From Eledone cirrhosa (lineage: Eukaryota): DNA of 64,000 nt. The translations under genes were made by a program, and so were the position numbers. Below the pieces are notes generated by a model, which searched no databases, had not been told where the DNA came from, and saw only the letters and a program-made list of their open reading frames with translations. Of the stretch, positions 46,201-61,200 are shown in pieces (position 1 is the stretch's first letter; the number at the start of each line of letters is the position of its first letter). Location: assembly GCA_964016885.1 (NCBI GenBank), contig OZ024743.1, positions 339,450,001 through 339,514,000 of the forward strand, written 5' to 3'.

Positions 46201-49200
46201 ATCTCACCTAGATATAAGCTAGATCTCACATAAATCTCACCTAAATCTAAGCTAAATATAAGCTAAATCTCATTTAAATCTAAGCTAAATCTAAGATAAA
46301 TCTCACCTAAATCTAAACTAACTATAAGCTAAATATGAGTTAAATCTCACCTAAATCTAAGATAAATACAGGCTTAATCTCATCGAAATCTAAGCTAAAT
46401 CTAAGCTAAATCTCACTTAAATCAAAGCTAAATATAAGCTAAACATAAGCTAAATCTCACCTGAATTTAAGCTAAATCTCACCAAAATCTAAGCTAAATC
46501 TCAAACTAAATCTAAGTTAAATTGAAGCTACATGACACTTAAATCAAAGCTAAATATAAGCTAAATCTCAACTAAATCTGAGCTAAATCTAAGCTAAATC
46601 TCACCTAAATCTAAATTAAATCTAAACTAAATCTCAACTAAATCTAAGCTAAATCTAAACTAAATCTCACTTAATCGAAGCTATATCCCACCTAAATCTA
46701 AGCTAAATATAAGCTAAATCTCACCTAAATCTAAGCTAAATATGAGCTAAATCTCACATAAATCTAAGCAAAATCTCACCTAGATATAAGCTAGATCTAA
46801 CATAAATCTCACCTAAATCTAAGCTGAATATAAGCTAAATCTCACCTAAATCCTGGCTAAATATAAGCTGAATCTAATTTAAATTTAAGCTAAATATAAG
46901 CTAAATCTTACCTAAATCTAAGCTAAATCTCAACCTAAATCTAAGCTAAATCTAAGCTAAATCTCACCTAAATCTAAGCTAAATATGAGCTAAATCTCAC
47001 TTAAATCTAAGCTAAATATAAGCTAAATCTAAGCTAAATATAAGCTAAATCTCACATAAATATAAGCTAAATATAAGCTAAATCTCACCTAAATCTAAGC
47101 TAAATCTAAGCTAAAACTAAGCTAAATCTAAGCTAAATCTCACCTAAATCTAAGCTAAATATAAGATAAATCTAACCTAAAGCTAAGCTAAATATAGGCT
47201 AAATCTAGGCTAAATCTAGGCTAAATCTAAGCTAAATTTCACCTAAATCTAAGCTAAATCTAAACTAAATCTCACTTATTGATATAAGCTAAATCGAAAC
47301 TAAATCTCACTTAAATATAAACAAAATCTAAGCTAAATCTCACCTAAATCTAACCTAAATATCAGCTAAATCTCACGTAAATCTAAGCTAAATCTAAACT
47401 AAATCTCACCTAAATCTAAGCTAAATCTAAACTAAATCTCAACTAAATCTAAGCTAAATCTAAGCTAAATCTCACTTAAATCGGAGCTTAATCTCACCGA
47501 AATCTAAGCTAAATCTAAGCTAAATATAAGCTAAATCTCACCTAAATCTAATCGAAACATAAGGTAAATCTCACCTAAATCTAAGCTAAATATAAGCTAA
47601 ATCTAAGCTAAATATAAGCTAAATCTCACCTAAATCTAAGCTAAATATAAGCGAAATCTCACCTAAATCTAAGCTAAATATAAGCTAAATCTCCTCTAAA
47701 TCTAAGCTAAATCTAAGCTAAATCTCAACTAAATCTAAGCTAAAGCTCAACATATATCTAATCAAAATATTAGCTAAATTACACCTAAATCTAAGCTAAA
47801 TATAAGCTAAATCTCACCTAAATCTAAGCTAAATATAAGCTAAATCTAAGCTAAATATAAGCTAAATCTCACATAAATATAAGCTAAATATAAGCTAAAT
47901 CTCACCTAAATCTAAGCTAAATCTAAGCTAAATCTAAGCTAAATCTAAGCTAAATCTCACCTAAATCTAAGCTGAATATAAGATAAATCTAACCTAAAGC
48001 TAAGCTAAATATAGGCTAAATCTAGGCTAAATCTAGGCTAAATCTAAGCTAAATTTCACCTAAATCTAAGCTAAATCTAAGCTAAATCTCACTTATTGAT
48101 ATAAGCTAAATCGAAACTAAATCTCACTTAAATATAAACAAAATCTAAGCTAAATCTCACCTAAATCTAACCTAAATATCAGCTAAATCTCACGTAAATC
48201 TAAGCTAAATCTAAACTAAATCTCACCTAAATCTAAGCTAAATCTAAACTAAATCTCAACTAAATCTAAGCTAAATCTAAGCTAAATCTCACTTAAATCG
48301 GAGCTTAATCTCACCGAAATCTAAGCTAAATCTCAACTAAATCTAAGCTAAAGCTCAACATATATCTAATCAAAATATTAGCTAAATTACACCTAAATCT
48401 AAGCTAAATATAAGCTAAATCTCACCTAAATATAAGCTAAATCTCACCTAAATCTAATCGAAATATAAGGTAAATCTCACCTAAATCTAAGCTAAATATA
48501 AGCTAAATCTCACCTAAATCTAAGCAAAATCTCACCTAAATATAAGCTAAATCTAGCCTAAATCTCACCTAAATATAAGCTAAATCTAAGTTAGATCTCA
48601 CCTAAATCTAAGCTGAATATAAGCTAAATCTCACCTAAATCTTGGCTAAATATAACCTAAATCTCACATAAATCTGAGCTAAATCTAAGCTAAATCTCAC
48701 CTAAATCTAAGCTAAATCTAAGCTAAATCTAAGCTAAATCTAAGCTAAATATAGGATAAATCTCATCGAAATCTAAGCAAAATCTAAGCGAAATCTCACC
48801 TAAATCAAAGCTAAATATCAGCTAAACATAAGCTAAATCTCACCTGAATTTAAGCTACATCTCAACAAAATCTAAGCTAAATCTCAAACTAAATCTAAGT
48901 TAAATCGAAGCTAAATGACACATAAATCTAAGCTTAATCTCACCTAAATCTAAGGTAAATATACGCTAAATCTTACCTAAATCTAAGCTAAATCTAAGCT
49001 AAATCTAAGCTAAATATGAGCTAAATCTCACCTAAATCTAAGCTAAATATAAGCTAAATCTCATCAAAATCTAAGCTAAATCTAAGCTAAATCTCACCTA
49101 AATCAAAGCTAAGTATAAGCTAAATATAAGATAAATCTCACCTAAATCAAAGCTAAATATAAGCTAAATCGCATCTAAATCTAAGCTAAATATAAGCTAA

Positions 49201-52200
49201 ATCTCACCTAAATCTAAGCTAAATATAAGCTAAATCTCACCTGAATTTAAGTTAATCTCACCTAAATCTAAGCTAAATCTCAAACTAAATCTAAGATAAA
49301 TCTAAGCTAAATGACACCTAAATCTAAGCTAAATATGAATTAAATCTCACCTAAATGTAAGTTAAATCAAAGCTTAATATGAGCTAAGTCTCAACTAAAT
49401 CTAAGCTAAATATAAGCTAAATCTCATTTAAATCTAAGCTAAATCTAAGATAAATCTCACCTAAATCTAAGCTAACTATAAGCTAAATATAAGTTAAATC
49501 TCACCTAAATCTAAGCTAAATACAGGCTTAATCTCATCGAAATCTAAGCTAAATCTAAGATAAATCTCACTTAAATCAAAGCTAAATATAAGCTAAACAT
49601 AAGCTAAATCTCACCTGAATTTAAGCTAAATCTCACCAAAATCTAAGCTAAATCTAAAACTAAATCTAAGTTAAATTGAAGCTAAATGACACTTAAATCA
49701 AAGCTAAATATAAGCTAAATCTCAACTAAATCTGAGCTAAATCTAAGCTAAATCTCACCTAAATCTAAATTAAATCTAAACTAAATCTCAACTAAATCTA
49801 AGCTAAATCTAAACTAAATCTCACTTAAATCGAAGCTATATCCTACCTAAATCTAAGCTAAATATAAGCTAAATCTCACCTAAATCTAAGCTAAATATGA
49901 GCTAAATCTCACATAAATCTAAGCAAAATCTCACCTAGATATAAGCTAGATCTCACATAAATCTCACCTAAATCTAAGCTAAATATAAGCTAAATCTCAT
50001 TTAAATCTAAGCTAAATCTAAGATAAATCTCACCTAAATCTAAACTAACTATAAGCTAAATATGAGTTAAATCTCACCTAAATCTAAGCTAAATACAGGC
50101 TTAATCTCATCGAAATCTAAGCTAAATCTAAGCTAAATCTCACTTAAATCAAAGCTAAATATAAGCTAAACATAAGCTAAATCTCACCTGAATTTAAGCT
50201 AAATCTCACCAAAATCTAAGCTAAATCTCAAACTAAATCTAAGTTAAATTGAAGCTACATGACACTTAAATCAAAGCTAAATATAAGCTAAATCTCAACT
50301 AAATCTGAGCTAAATCTAAGCTAAATCTCACCTAAATCTAAATTAAATCTAAACTAAATCTCAACTAAATCTAAGCTAAATCTAAACTAAATCTCACTTA
50401 AATCGAAGCTATATCCCACCTAAATCTAAGCTAAATATAAGCTAAATCTCACCTAAATCTAAGCTAAATATGAGCTAAATCTCACATAAATCTAAGCAAA
50501 ATCTCACCTAGATATAAGCTAGATCTAACATAAATCTCACCTAAATCTAAGCTGAATATAAGCTAAATCTCACCTAAATCCTGGCTAAATATAAGCTGAA
50601 TCTAATTTAAATTTAAGCTAAATATAAGCTAAATCTTACCTAAATCTAAGCTAAATCTCAACCTAAATCTAAGCTAAATCTAAGCTAAATCTCACCTAAA
50701 TCTAAGCTAAATATGAGCTAAATCTCACTTAAATCTAAGCTAAATATAAGCTAAATCTAAGCTAAATATAAGCTAAATCTCACATAAATATAAGCTAAAT
50801 ATAAGCTAAATCTCACCTAAATCTAAGCTAAATCTAAGCTAAATATAAGATAAATCTAACCTAAAGCTAAGCTAAATATAGGCTAAATCTAGGCTAAATC
50901 TAGGCTAAATCTAAGCTAAATTTCACCTAAATCTAAGCTAAATCTAAACTAAATCTCACTTATTGATATAAGCTAAATCGAAACTAAATCTCACTTAAAT
51001 ATAAACAAAATCTAAGCTAAATCTCACCTAAATCTAACCTAAATATCAGCTAAATCTCACGTAAATCTAAGCTAAATCTAAACTAAATCTCACCTAAATC
51101 TAAGCTAAATCTAAACTAAATCTCAACTAAATCTAAGCTAAATCTAAGCTAAATCTCACTTAAATCGGAGCTTAATCTCACCGAAATCTAAGCTAAATCT
51201 AAGCTAAATATAAGCTAAATCTCACCTAAATCTAATCGAAATATAAGGTAAATCTCACCTAAATCTAAGCTAAATATAAGCTAAATCTAAGCTAAATATA
51301 AGCTAAATCTCACCTAAATCTAAGCTAAATATAAGCGAAATCTCACCTAAATCTAAGCTAAATATAAGCTAAATCTCCTCTAAATCTAAGCTAAATCTAA
51401 GCTAAATCTCAACTAAATCTAAGCTAAAGCTCAACATATATCTAATCAAAATATTAGCTAAATTACACCTAAATCTAAGCTAAATATAAGCTAAATCTCA
51501 CCTAAATCTAAGCTAAATATAAGCTAAATCTAAGCTAAATATAAGCTAAATCTCACATAAATATAAGCTAAATATAAGCTAAATCTCACCTAAATCTAAG
51601 CTAAATCTAAGCTAAATCTAAGCTAAATCTAAGCTAAATCTCACCTAAATCTAAGCTAAATATAAGATAAATCTAACCTAAAGCTAAGCTAAATATAGGC
51701 TAAATCTAGGCTAAATCTAGGCTAAATCTAAGCTAAATTTCACCTAAATCTAAGCTAAATCTAAGCTAAATCTCACTTATTGATATAAGCTAAATCGAAA
51801 CTAAATCTCACTTAAATATAAACAAAATCTAAGCTAAATCTCACCTAAATCTAACCTAAATATCAGCTAAATCTCACGTAAATCTAAGCTAAATCTAAAC
51901 TAAATCTCACCTAAATCTAAGCTAAATCTAAACTAAATCTCAACTAAATCTAAGCTAAATCTAAGCTAAATCTCACTTAAATCGGAGCTTAATCTCACCG
52001 AAATCTAAGCTAAATCTAAGCTAAATATAAGCTAAATCTCACCTAAATCTAATCGAAATATAAGGTAAATCTCACCTAAATCTAAGCTAAATATAAGCTA
52101 AATCTCACATAAATCTAAGCAAAATCTCACCTAAATATAAGCTAAATCTAGCCTAAATCTCACCTAAATATAAGCTAAATCTAAGTTAGATCTCACCTAA

Positions 52201-55200
52201 ATCTAAGCTGAATATAAGCTAAATCTCACCTAAATCCTGGCTAAATATAACCTAAATCTCACATAAATCTGAGCTAAATCTAAGCTAAATCTCACCTAAA
52301 TCTAAGCTAAATCTAAGCTAAATCTAAGTTAAATCGAAGCTAAATGACACATAAATCTAAGCTTAATCTCACCTAAATCTAAGGTAAATATACGCTAAAT
52401 CTTACCTAAATCTAAGCTAAATCTAAGCTAAATCTAAGCTAAATATGAGCTAAATCTCACCTAAATCTAAGCTAAATATAAGCTAAATCTCATCAAAATC
52501 TAAGCTAAATCTAAGCTAAATCTCACCTAAATCAAAGCTAAGTATAAGCTAAATATAAGATAAATCTCACCTAAATCAAAGCTAAATATAAGCTAAATCG
52601 CATCTAAATCTAAGCTAAATATAAGCTAAATCTCACCTAAATCTAAGCTAAATATAAGCTAAATCTCACCTGAATTTAAGTTAATCTCACCTAAATCTAA
52701 GCTAAATCTCAAACTAAATCTAAGATAAATCTAAGCTAAATGACACCTAAATCTAAGCTAAATATAAATTAAATCTCACCTAAATGTAAGTTAAATCAAA
52801 GCTTAATATGAGCTAAGTCTCAACTAAATCTAAGCTAAATATAAGCTAAATCTCATTTAAATCTAAGCTAAATCTAAGATAAATCTCACCTAAATCTAAG
52901 CTAACTATAAGCTAAATATAAGTTAAATCTCACCTAAATCTAAGCTAAATACAGGCTTAATCTCATCGAAATCTAAGCTAAATCTAAGATAAATCTCACT
53001 TAAATCAAAGCTAAATATAAGCTAAACATAAGCTAAATCTCACCTGAATTTAAGCTAAATCTCACCAAAATCTAAGCTAAATCTAAAACTAAATCTAAGT
53101 TAAATTGAAGCTAAATGACACTTAAATCAAAGCTAAATATAAGCTAAATCTCAACTAAATCTGAGCTAAATCTAAGCTAAATCTCACCTAAATCTAAATT
53201 AAATCTAAACTAAATCTCAACTAAATCTAAGCTAAATCTAAACTAAATCTCACTTAAATCGAAGCTATATCCCACCTAAATCTAAGCTAAATATAAGCTA
53301 AATCTCACCTAAATCTAAGCTAAATATGAGCTAAATCTCACATAAATCTAAGCAAAATCTCACCTAGATATAAGCTAGATCTCACATAAATCTCACCTAA
53401 ATCTAAGCTAAATATAAGCTAAATCTCATTTAAATCTAAGCTAAATCTAAGATAAATCTCACCTAAATCTAAACTAACTATAAGCTAAATATGAGTTAAA
53501 TCTCACCTAAATCTAAGCTAAATACAGGCTTAATCTCATCGAAATCTAAGCTAAATCTAAGCTAAATCTCACTTAAATCAAAGCTAAATATAAGCTAAAC
53601 ATAAGCTAAATCTCACCTGAATTTAAGCTAAATCTCACCAAAATCTAAGCTAAATCTCAAACTAAATCTAAGTTAAATTGAAGCTACATGACACTTAAAT
53701 CAAAGCTAAATATAAGCTAAATCTCAACTAAATCTGAGCTAAATCTAAGCTAAATCTCACCTAAATCTAAATTAAATCTAAACTAAATCTCAACTAAATC
53801 TAAGCTAAATCTAAACTAAATCTCACTTAAATCGAAGCTATATCCCACCTAAATCTAAGCTAAATATAAGCTAAATCTCACCTAAATCTAAGCTAAATAT
53901 GAGCTAAATCTCACATAAATCTAAGCAAAATCTCACCTAGATATAAGCTAGATCTAACAAAATCTCACCTAAATCTAAGCTGAATATAAGCTAAATCTCA
54001 CCTAAAACCTGGCTAAATATAAGCTGAATCTAATTTAAATTTAAGCTAAATATAAGCTAAATCTTACCTAAATCTAAGCTAAATCTCAACCTAAATCTAA
54101 GCTAAATCTAAGCTAAATCTCACCTAAATCTAAGCTAAATATGAGCTAAATCTCACTTAAATCTAAGCTAAATATAAGCTAAATCTAAGCTAAATATAAG
54201 CTAAATCTCACATAAATATAAGCTAAATATAAGCTAAATCTCACCTAAATCTAAGCTAAATCTAAGCTAAAACTAAGCTAAATCTAAGCTAAATCTCACC
54301 TAAATCTAAGCTAAATATAAGATAAATCTAACCTAAAGCTAAGCTAAATATAGGCTAAATCTAGGCTAAATCTAGGCTAAATCTAAGCTAAATTTCACCT
54401 AAATCTAAGCTAAATCTAAACTAAATCTCACTTATTGATATAAGCTAAATCGAAACTAAATCTCACTTAAATATAAACAAAATCTAAGCTAAATCTCACC
54501 TAAATCTAACCTAAATATCAGCTAAATCTCACGTAAATCTAAGCTAAATCTAAACTAAATCTCACCTAAATCTAAGCTAAATCTAAACTAAATCTCAACT
54601 AAATCTAAGCTAAATCTAAGCTAAATCTCACTTAAATCGGAGCTTAATCTCACCGAAATCTAAGCTAAATCTAAGCTAAATATAAGCTAAATCTCACCTA
54701 AATCTAATCGAAATATAAGGTAAATCTCACCTAAATCTAAGCTAAATATAAGCTAAATCTAAGCTAAATATAAGCTAAATCTCACCTAAATCTAAGCTAA
54801 ATATAAGCGAAATCTCACCTAAATCTAAGCTAAATATAAGCTAAATCTCCTCTAAATCTAAGCTAAATCTAAGCTAAATCTCAACTAAATCTAAGCTAAA
54901 GCTCAACATATATCTAATCAAAATATTAGCTAAATTACACCTAAATCTAAGCTAAATATAAGCTAAATCTCACCTAAATCTAAGCTAAATATAAGCTAAA
55001 TCTAAGCTAAATATAAGCTAAATCTCACATAAATATAAGCTAAATATAAGCTAAATCTCACCTAAATCTAAGCTAAATCTAAGCTAAATCTAAGCTAAAT
55101 CTAAGCTAAATCTCACCTAAATCTAAGCTAAATATAAGATAAATCTAACCTAAAGCTAAGCTAAATATAGGCTAAATCTAGGCTAAATCTAGGCTAAATC

Positions 55201-58200
55201 TAAGCTAAATTTCACCTAAATCTAAGCTAAATCTAAGCTAAATCTCACTTATTGATATAAGATAAATCGAAACTAAATCTCACTTAAATATAAACAAAAT
55301 CTAAGCTAAATCTCACCTAAATCTAACCTAAATATCAGCTAAATCTCACGTAAATCTAAGCTAAATCTAAACTAAATCTCACCTAAATCTAAGCTAAATC
55401 TAAACTAAATCTCAACTAAATCTAAGCTAAATCTAAGCTAAATCTCACTTAAATCGGAGCTTAATCTCACCGAAATCTAAGCTAAATCTAAGCTAAATAT
55501 AAGCTAAATCTCACCTAAATCTAATCGAAATATAAGGTAAATCTCACCTAAATCTAAGCTAAATATAAGCTAAATCTCACCTAAATCTCACCTAAATCTT
55601 GACTAAATATAAGCTAAATCTAGCCTAAATCTCACCTAAATATAAGCTAAATCTAAGTTAGATCTCACCTAAATCTAAGCTGAATATAAGCTAAATCTCA
55701 CCTAAATCTTGGCTAAATATAACCTAAATCTCACATAAATCTGAGCTAAATCTAAGCTAAATCTCACCTAAATCTAAGCTAAATCTAAGCTAAATCTAAG
55801 CTAAATCTAAGCTAAATATAGGATAAATCTCATCGAAATCTAAGCAAAATCTAAGCGAAATCTCACCTAAATCAAAGCTAAATATCAGCTAAACATAAGC
55901 TAAATCTCACCTGAATTTAAGCTACATCTCAACAAAATCTAAGCTAAATCTCAAACTAAATCTAAGTTAAATCGAAGCTAAATAACACATAAATCTAAGC
56001 TTAATCTCACCTAAATCTAAGGTAAATATACGCTAAATCTTACCTAAATCTAAGCTAAATCTAAGCTAAATCTAAGCTAAATATGAGCTAAATCTCACCT
56101 AAATCTAAGCTAAATATAAGCTAAATCTCATCAAAATCTAAGCTAAATCTGAGCTAAATCTCACCTAAATCAAAGCTAAGTATAAGCTAAATATAAGATA
56201 AATCTCNNNNNNNNNNNNNNNNNNNNNNNNNNNNNNNNNNNNNNNNNNNNNNNNNNNNNNNNNNNNNNNNNNNNNNNNNNNNNNNNNNNNNNNNNNNNNN
56301 NNNNNNNNNNNNNNNNNNNNNNNNNNNNNNNNNNNNNNNNNNNNNNNNNNNNNNNNNNNNNNNNNNNNNNNNNNNNNNNNNNNNNNNNNNNNNNNNNNNN
56401 NNNNNNTCTAAGCTAAATCTCACGTAAACATAAGCTAAATATAAGCTAAATCTCACCTAAATCTAAGCTAAATCTAAGCTAAATCTCACCTAAATCTAAG
56501 CTAAATCTCAACCTAAATCTAAGCTAAATCTAAGCTAAATCTCACCTAAATCTAAGGTAAATATACGTAAATCTCACCTAAATCTAAGCTAAATCTAAGT
56601 TAAATCTAAGCTAAATATAAACTAAATATCACCTAAATCTAAACTGAATATAAGCTAAATCTCATCGAAATCTAAGCTAATTCTAGGCTAAATCTCCCCT
56701 AAATCTAAGCTAAATCTAAGCTAAATATAAGCTAAATCTCATCGAAATCTAAGCCAAATCTAAAATAAATCTCACCTAAATCAAAGCTAAATATAAGCTA
56801 AATCTCACCTGAATCTAAGCTAAATCTAAGATAAATCGCACCTAAATCTAAGCTAAATCTAAGCTAAATCTCACCTATATCTAAGCTAAACATTAGCTAA
56901 ATCTCACCTGAATTTAAGTTAATCTCACCTAAATCTAAGCTAAATCTAAAACTAAATCTAAGATAAATCTAAGCAAAATGACACCTAAATCTAAGCTAAA
57001 TATACGCTAAATCTCACCTAAATGTAAGCTAAATCTAAGCTAAATATATGCTAAATCTCACCTAAATCTAAGCTAAATATAAGATAAATCTCATTTAAAT
57101 CTAAGCTAAATCTAAGATAAATCTCACCTAATTCTAAGCTAAATATAAGCTAAATATAAGCCAAATCTCACCTAAATCTAAGCTAAATCTAAGCTAAATC
57201 TTACCTAAACCTAAGATAAATATAAGCTAAATCTCACCTAAATCTCCGCTAAATCTTAGCTAATTCTCACCTGAATATAAGCTAAATATAAGCTAAATCT
57301 CACATAAATCTAAGCTAAATCTAAGCTAGATCTCACCTAAATCTAAGCTAACTCTAAGCTAAATCTCAGCTAAATCTAAGCTAATATATGCAAGATCCCA
57401 CCTAAATCTAAGCTAAATCTAAGATACATGACACCTAAATCTCACCTAAATCTAAGCTAAATCTCAAACTAAATCTAAGCAAAATCTAAGCTAAATCGAA
57501 GCTATATCTCACCTAAATCTAAGCTAATTCTAAGCTCAATCTCAATAAGCTATATCTCACCTAAATGTAAGCTAAATCTACGATAAATCTCACCTAAATC
57601 TAAGCTAATTCTAAGCTCAATCTCACCTAAATCTAAGCTAAATATAAGCTAAATCTCACCTAAATCTAAGCTAAATCTAAGCTAAATATAACTAAATCTC
57701 ACTTAAATCGAAGTTAAATCTCACCTAAATCTCAGCTAAATCTAAGCTAAATATAACTAAATCTCACCTAAATCTCCGCTAAATCTTAGCTAATTCTCAC
57801 CTGAATCTAAGCTAAATATAAGCTAAATCTCATATAAATCTAAGCTAAATGTAAGATAAATCTCATGTAAATCTAAGATAAATATAAGCTAAATCTCACC
57901 TAAATCTCCGCTAAATCTTAGCTAATTCTCACCTGAATATAAGCTAAATATAAGCTAAATCTCACATAAATCTAAGCTAAACCTAAGCTAGATCTCACCT
58001 AAATCTAAGCTAAATCTAAGCTAAATCTCAGCTAAACCTAAGCTAATATATGCAGAATCTCACCTAAATCTAAGCTAAATCTCAAACTAAATCTAAGCTA
58101 AATCTAAGCTAAATCGAAGCTAAATATAAGCTATATCTCACCTAAATGTAAGCTAAATCTCAACCTAAATCTAAGCTAAATCTAAGCTAAATCTCACCTA

Positions 58201-61200
58201 AATCTAAGGTAAATATACGTAAATCTCACCTAAATCTAAGCTAAATCTAAGTTAAATCTAAGCTAAATATAAACTAAATATCACCTAAATCTAAACTGAA
58301 TATAAGCTAAATCTCATCGAAATCTAAGCTAGATCTAGGCTAAATCTCCCCTAAATCTAAGCTAAATCTAAGCTAAATATAAGCTAAATCTCATCGAAAT
58401 CTAAGCCAAATCTAAAATAAATCTCACCTAAATCAAAGCTAAATATAAGCTAAATCTCACCTGAATCTAAGCTCAATCTAAGATAAATCGCACCTAAATC
58501 TAAGCTAAATCTAAGCTAAATCTCACCTATATCTAAGCTAAACATTAGCTAAATCTCACCTGAATTTAAGTTAATCTCACCTAAATCTAAGCTAAATCTA
58601 AGCTAAATCTCAGCTAAACCTAAGCTAATATATGCAGAATCTCACCTAAATCTAAGCTAAATCTAAGATACATGACACCTAAATCTCACCTAAATCTAAG
58701 CTAAATCTAAGCTAGATCTAAAACTAAATCTAAGATAAATCTAAGCAAAATGACACCTAAATCTAAGCTAAATATACGCTAAATCTCACCTAAATGTAAG
58801 CTAAATCTAAGCTAAATATATGCTAAATCTCACCTAAATCTAGCTAAATATAAGATAAATCTCATTTAAATCTAAGCTAAATCTAAGATAAATCTCACCT
58901 AATTCTAAGCTAAATATAAGCTAAATATAAGCCAAATCTCACCTAAATCTAAGCTAAATCTAAGCTAAATCTTACCTAAACCTAAGATAAATATAAGCTA
59001 AATCTCACCTAAATCTCCGCTAAATCTTAGCTAATTCTCACCTGAATATAAGCTAAATATAAGCTAAATCTCACATAAATCTAAGCTAAATCTAAGCTAG
59101 ATCTCACCTAAATCTAAGCTAACTCTAAGCTAAATCTCAGCTAAATCTAAGCTAATATATGCAAGATCTCACCTAAATCTAAGCTAAATCTAAGATACAT
59201 GACACCTAAATCTCACCTAAATCTAAGCTAAATCTCAAACTAAATCTAAGCTAAATCTAAGCTAAATCGAAGCTATATCTCACCTAAATCTAAGCTAATT
59301 CTAAGCTCAATCTCAATAAGCTATATCTCACCTAAATGTAAGCTAAATCTACGATAAATCTCACCTAAATCTAAGCTAATTCTAAGCTCAATCTCACCTA
59401 AATCTAAGCTAAATATAAGCTAAATCTCACCTAAATCTAAGCTAAATCTAAGCTAAATATAACTAAATCTCACTTAAATCGAAGTTAAATCTCACCTAAA
59501 TCTCAGCTAAATCTAAGCTAAATATAACTAAATCTCACCTAAATCTCCGCTAAATCTTAGCTAATTCTCACCTGAATCTAAGCTAAATATAAGCTAAATC
59601 TCATATAAATCTAAGCTAAATGTAAGATAAATCTCATGTAAATCTAAGATAAATATAAGCTAAATCTCACCTAAATCTCCGCTAAATCTTAGCTAATTCT
59701 CACCTGAATATAAGCTAAATATAAGCTAAATCTCACATAAATCTAAGCTAAACCTAAGCTAGATCTCACCTAAATCTAAGCTAAATCTAAGCTAAATCTC
59801 AGCTAAACCTAAGCTAATATATGCAGAATCTCACCTAAATCTAAGCTAAATCTCAAACTAAATCTAAGCTAAATCTAAGCTAAATCGAAGCTAAATATAA
59901 GCTATATCTCACCTAAATGTAAGCTAAATCTACGATAAATCTCACCTAAATCTAAGCTAAATCTAAGCTCAATCTCACCTAAATCTAAGCTAAATATAAG
60001 CTAAATCTCACCTAAATCTAATCTAAATCTAAACTAAATCTCAACTAAATCTAAGCTAAATCTAAGATAAATCTCACTTAAATCGAAGTTAAATCTCACC
60101 TAAATCTCAGCTAAATCTAAGCTAAATATAACTAAATCTCACCTAAATCTTAACTAAATCTAAGCTAAATCCCCCTAAATCTAAGCTACATATAAGCTAA
60201 ATATAAGCTAAATCTCACCTAAATCTAAGCTAAATATCAGGTAAATCTCACCTAAATCTCAGCTGAATCTAAGATAAATCTCACCTAAATCTAAGCTAAA
60301 TATAAGCTAAATCTCACCTAAATGTAAGATAAACATTCGCTAAATCTAAGCTAAATCTAAACTAAATCTCGCCTAAATCTAAGCTAATTCTAAGTTAAAT
60401 CTCACTTAAATCGAAGCTAAATCTAAGCTAAATCTAAACTAAATTTACGCTAAATCTCACCTAAATCTAAGCTAAATCTCACGTAAATATAAGCTAAATA
60501 TTAGCTAAATCTCACCTAAATCTAAGCTAAATCTAAGATAAATCTCACCTAAATCTAAGATAAATCTCAAGCTAAATCTAAGCTAAATCTAAGCTAAATC
60601 TCACCTAAATCAAAGGTAAATATACGTAAATCTCACCTAAATCTCAGCTAAATCTAAGTTAAATCTAAGCTAAATATAAACTAAATATAACCTAAATCTA
60701 AGCTGCATATAAGCTAAATCTCATCGAAATCTAAGCTAGATCTAAGCTAAATCTCCCCTAAATCTAAGCTAAATCTAAGCTAAATATAAGCTAAATCTCA
60801 CCTAAATCTAAGATAAATATAAACTAAAACTCACCTAAATGTAAGATAAACATACGCTAAATCTAAACTAAATCTAAACTAAATCTCAAATAAATCTAAG
60901 CTTAATCTCACCTAAATTTAAGCAAAATATAAGCTAAATCTCACCTAAATCAAAGCTAAATCTAAGCTAAATCTCACGTAAACATAAGCTAAATATAAGC
61001 TAAATCTCACCTAAATCTAAGCTAAATCTAAGCTAAATCTCACCTAAATCTAAGCTAAGTCTCAACCTAAATCTAAGCTAAATCTAAGCTAAATCTCACC
61101 TAAATCTAAGGTAAATATACGTAAATCTCACCTAAATCTAAGCTAAATCTCACATAAATCTAAGCTAAATATAAGCTAAATCTCACCTAAATGTAAGATA

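Noticed and set aside
56187-56456. ORF spanning the N run
   Set aside because: Assembly gap artefact.
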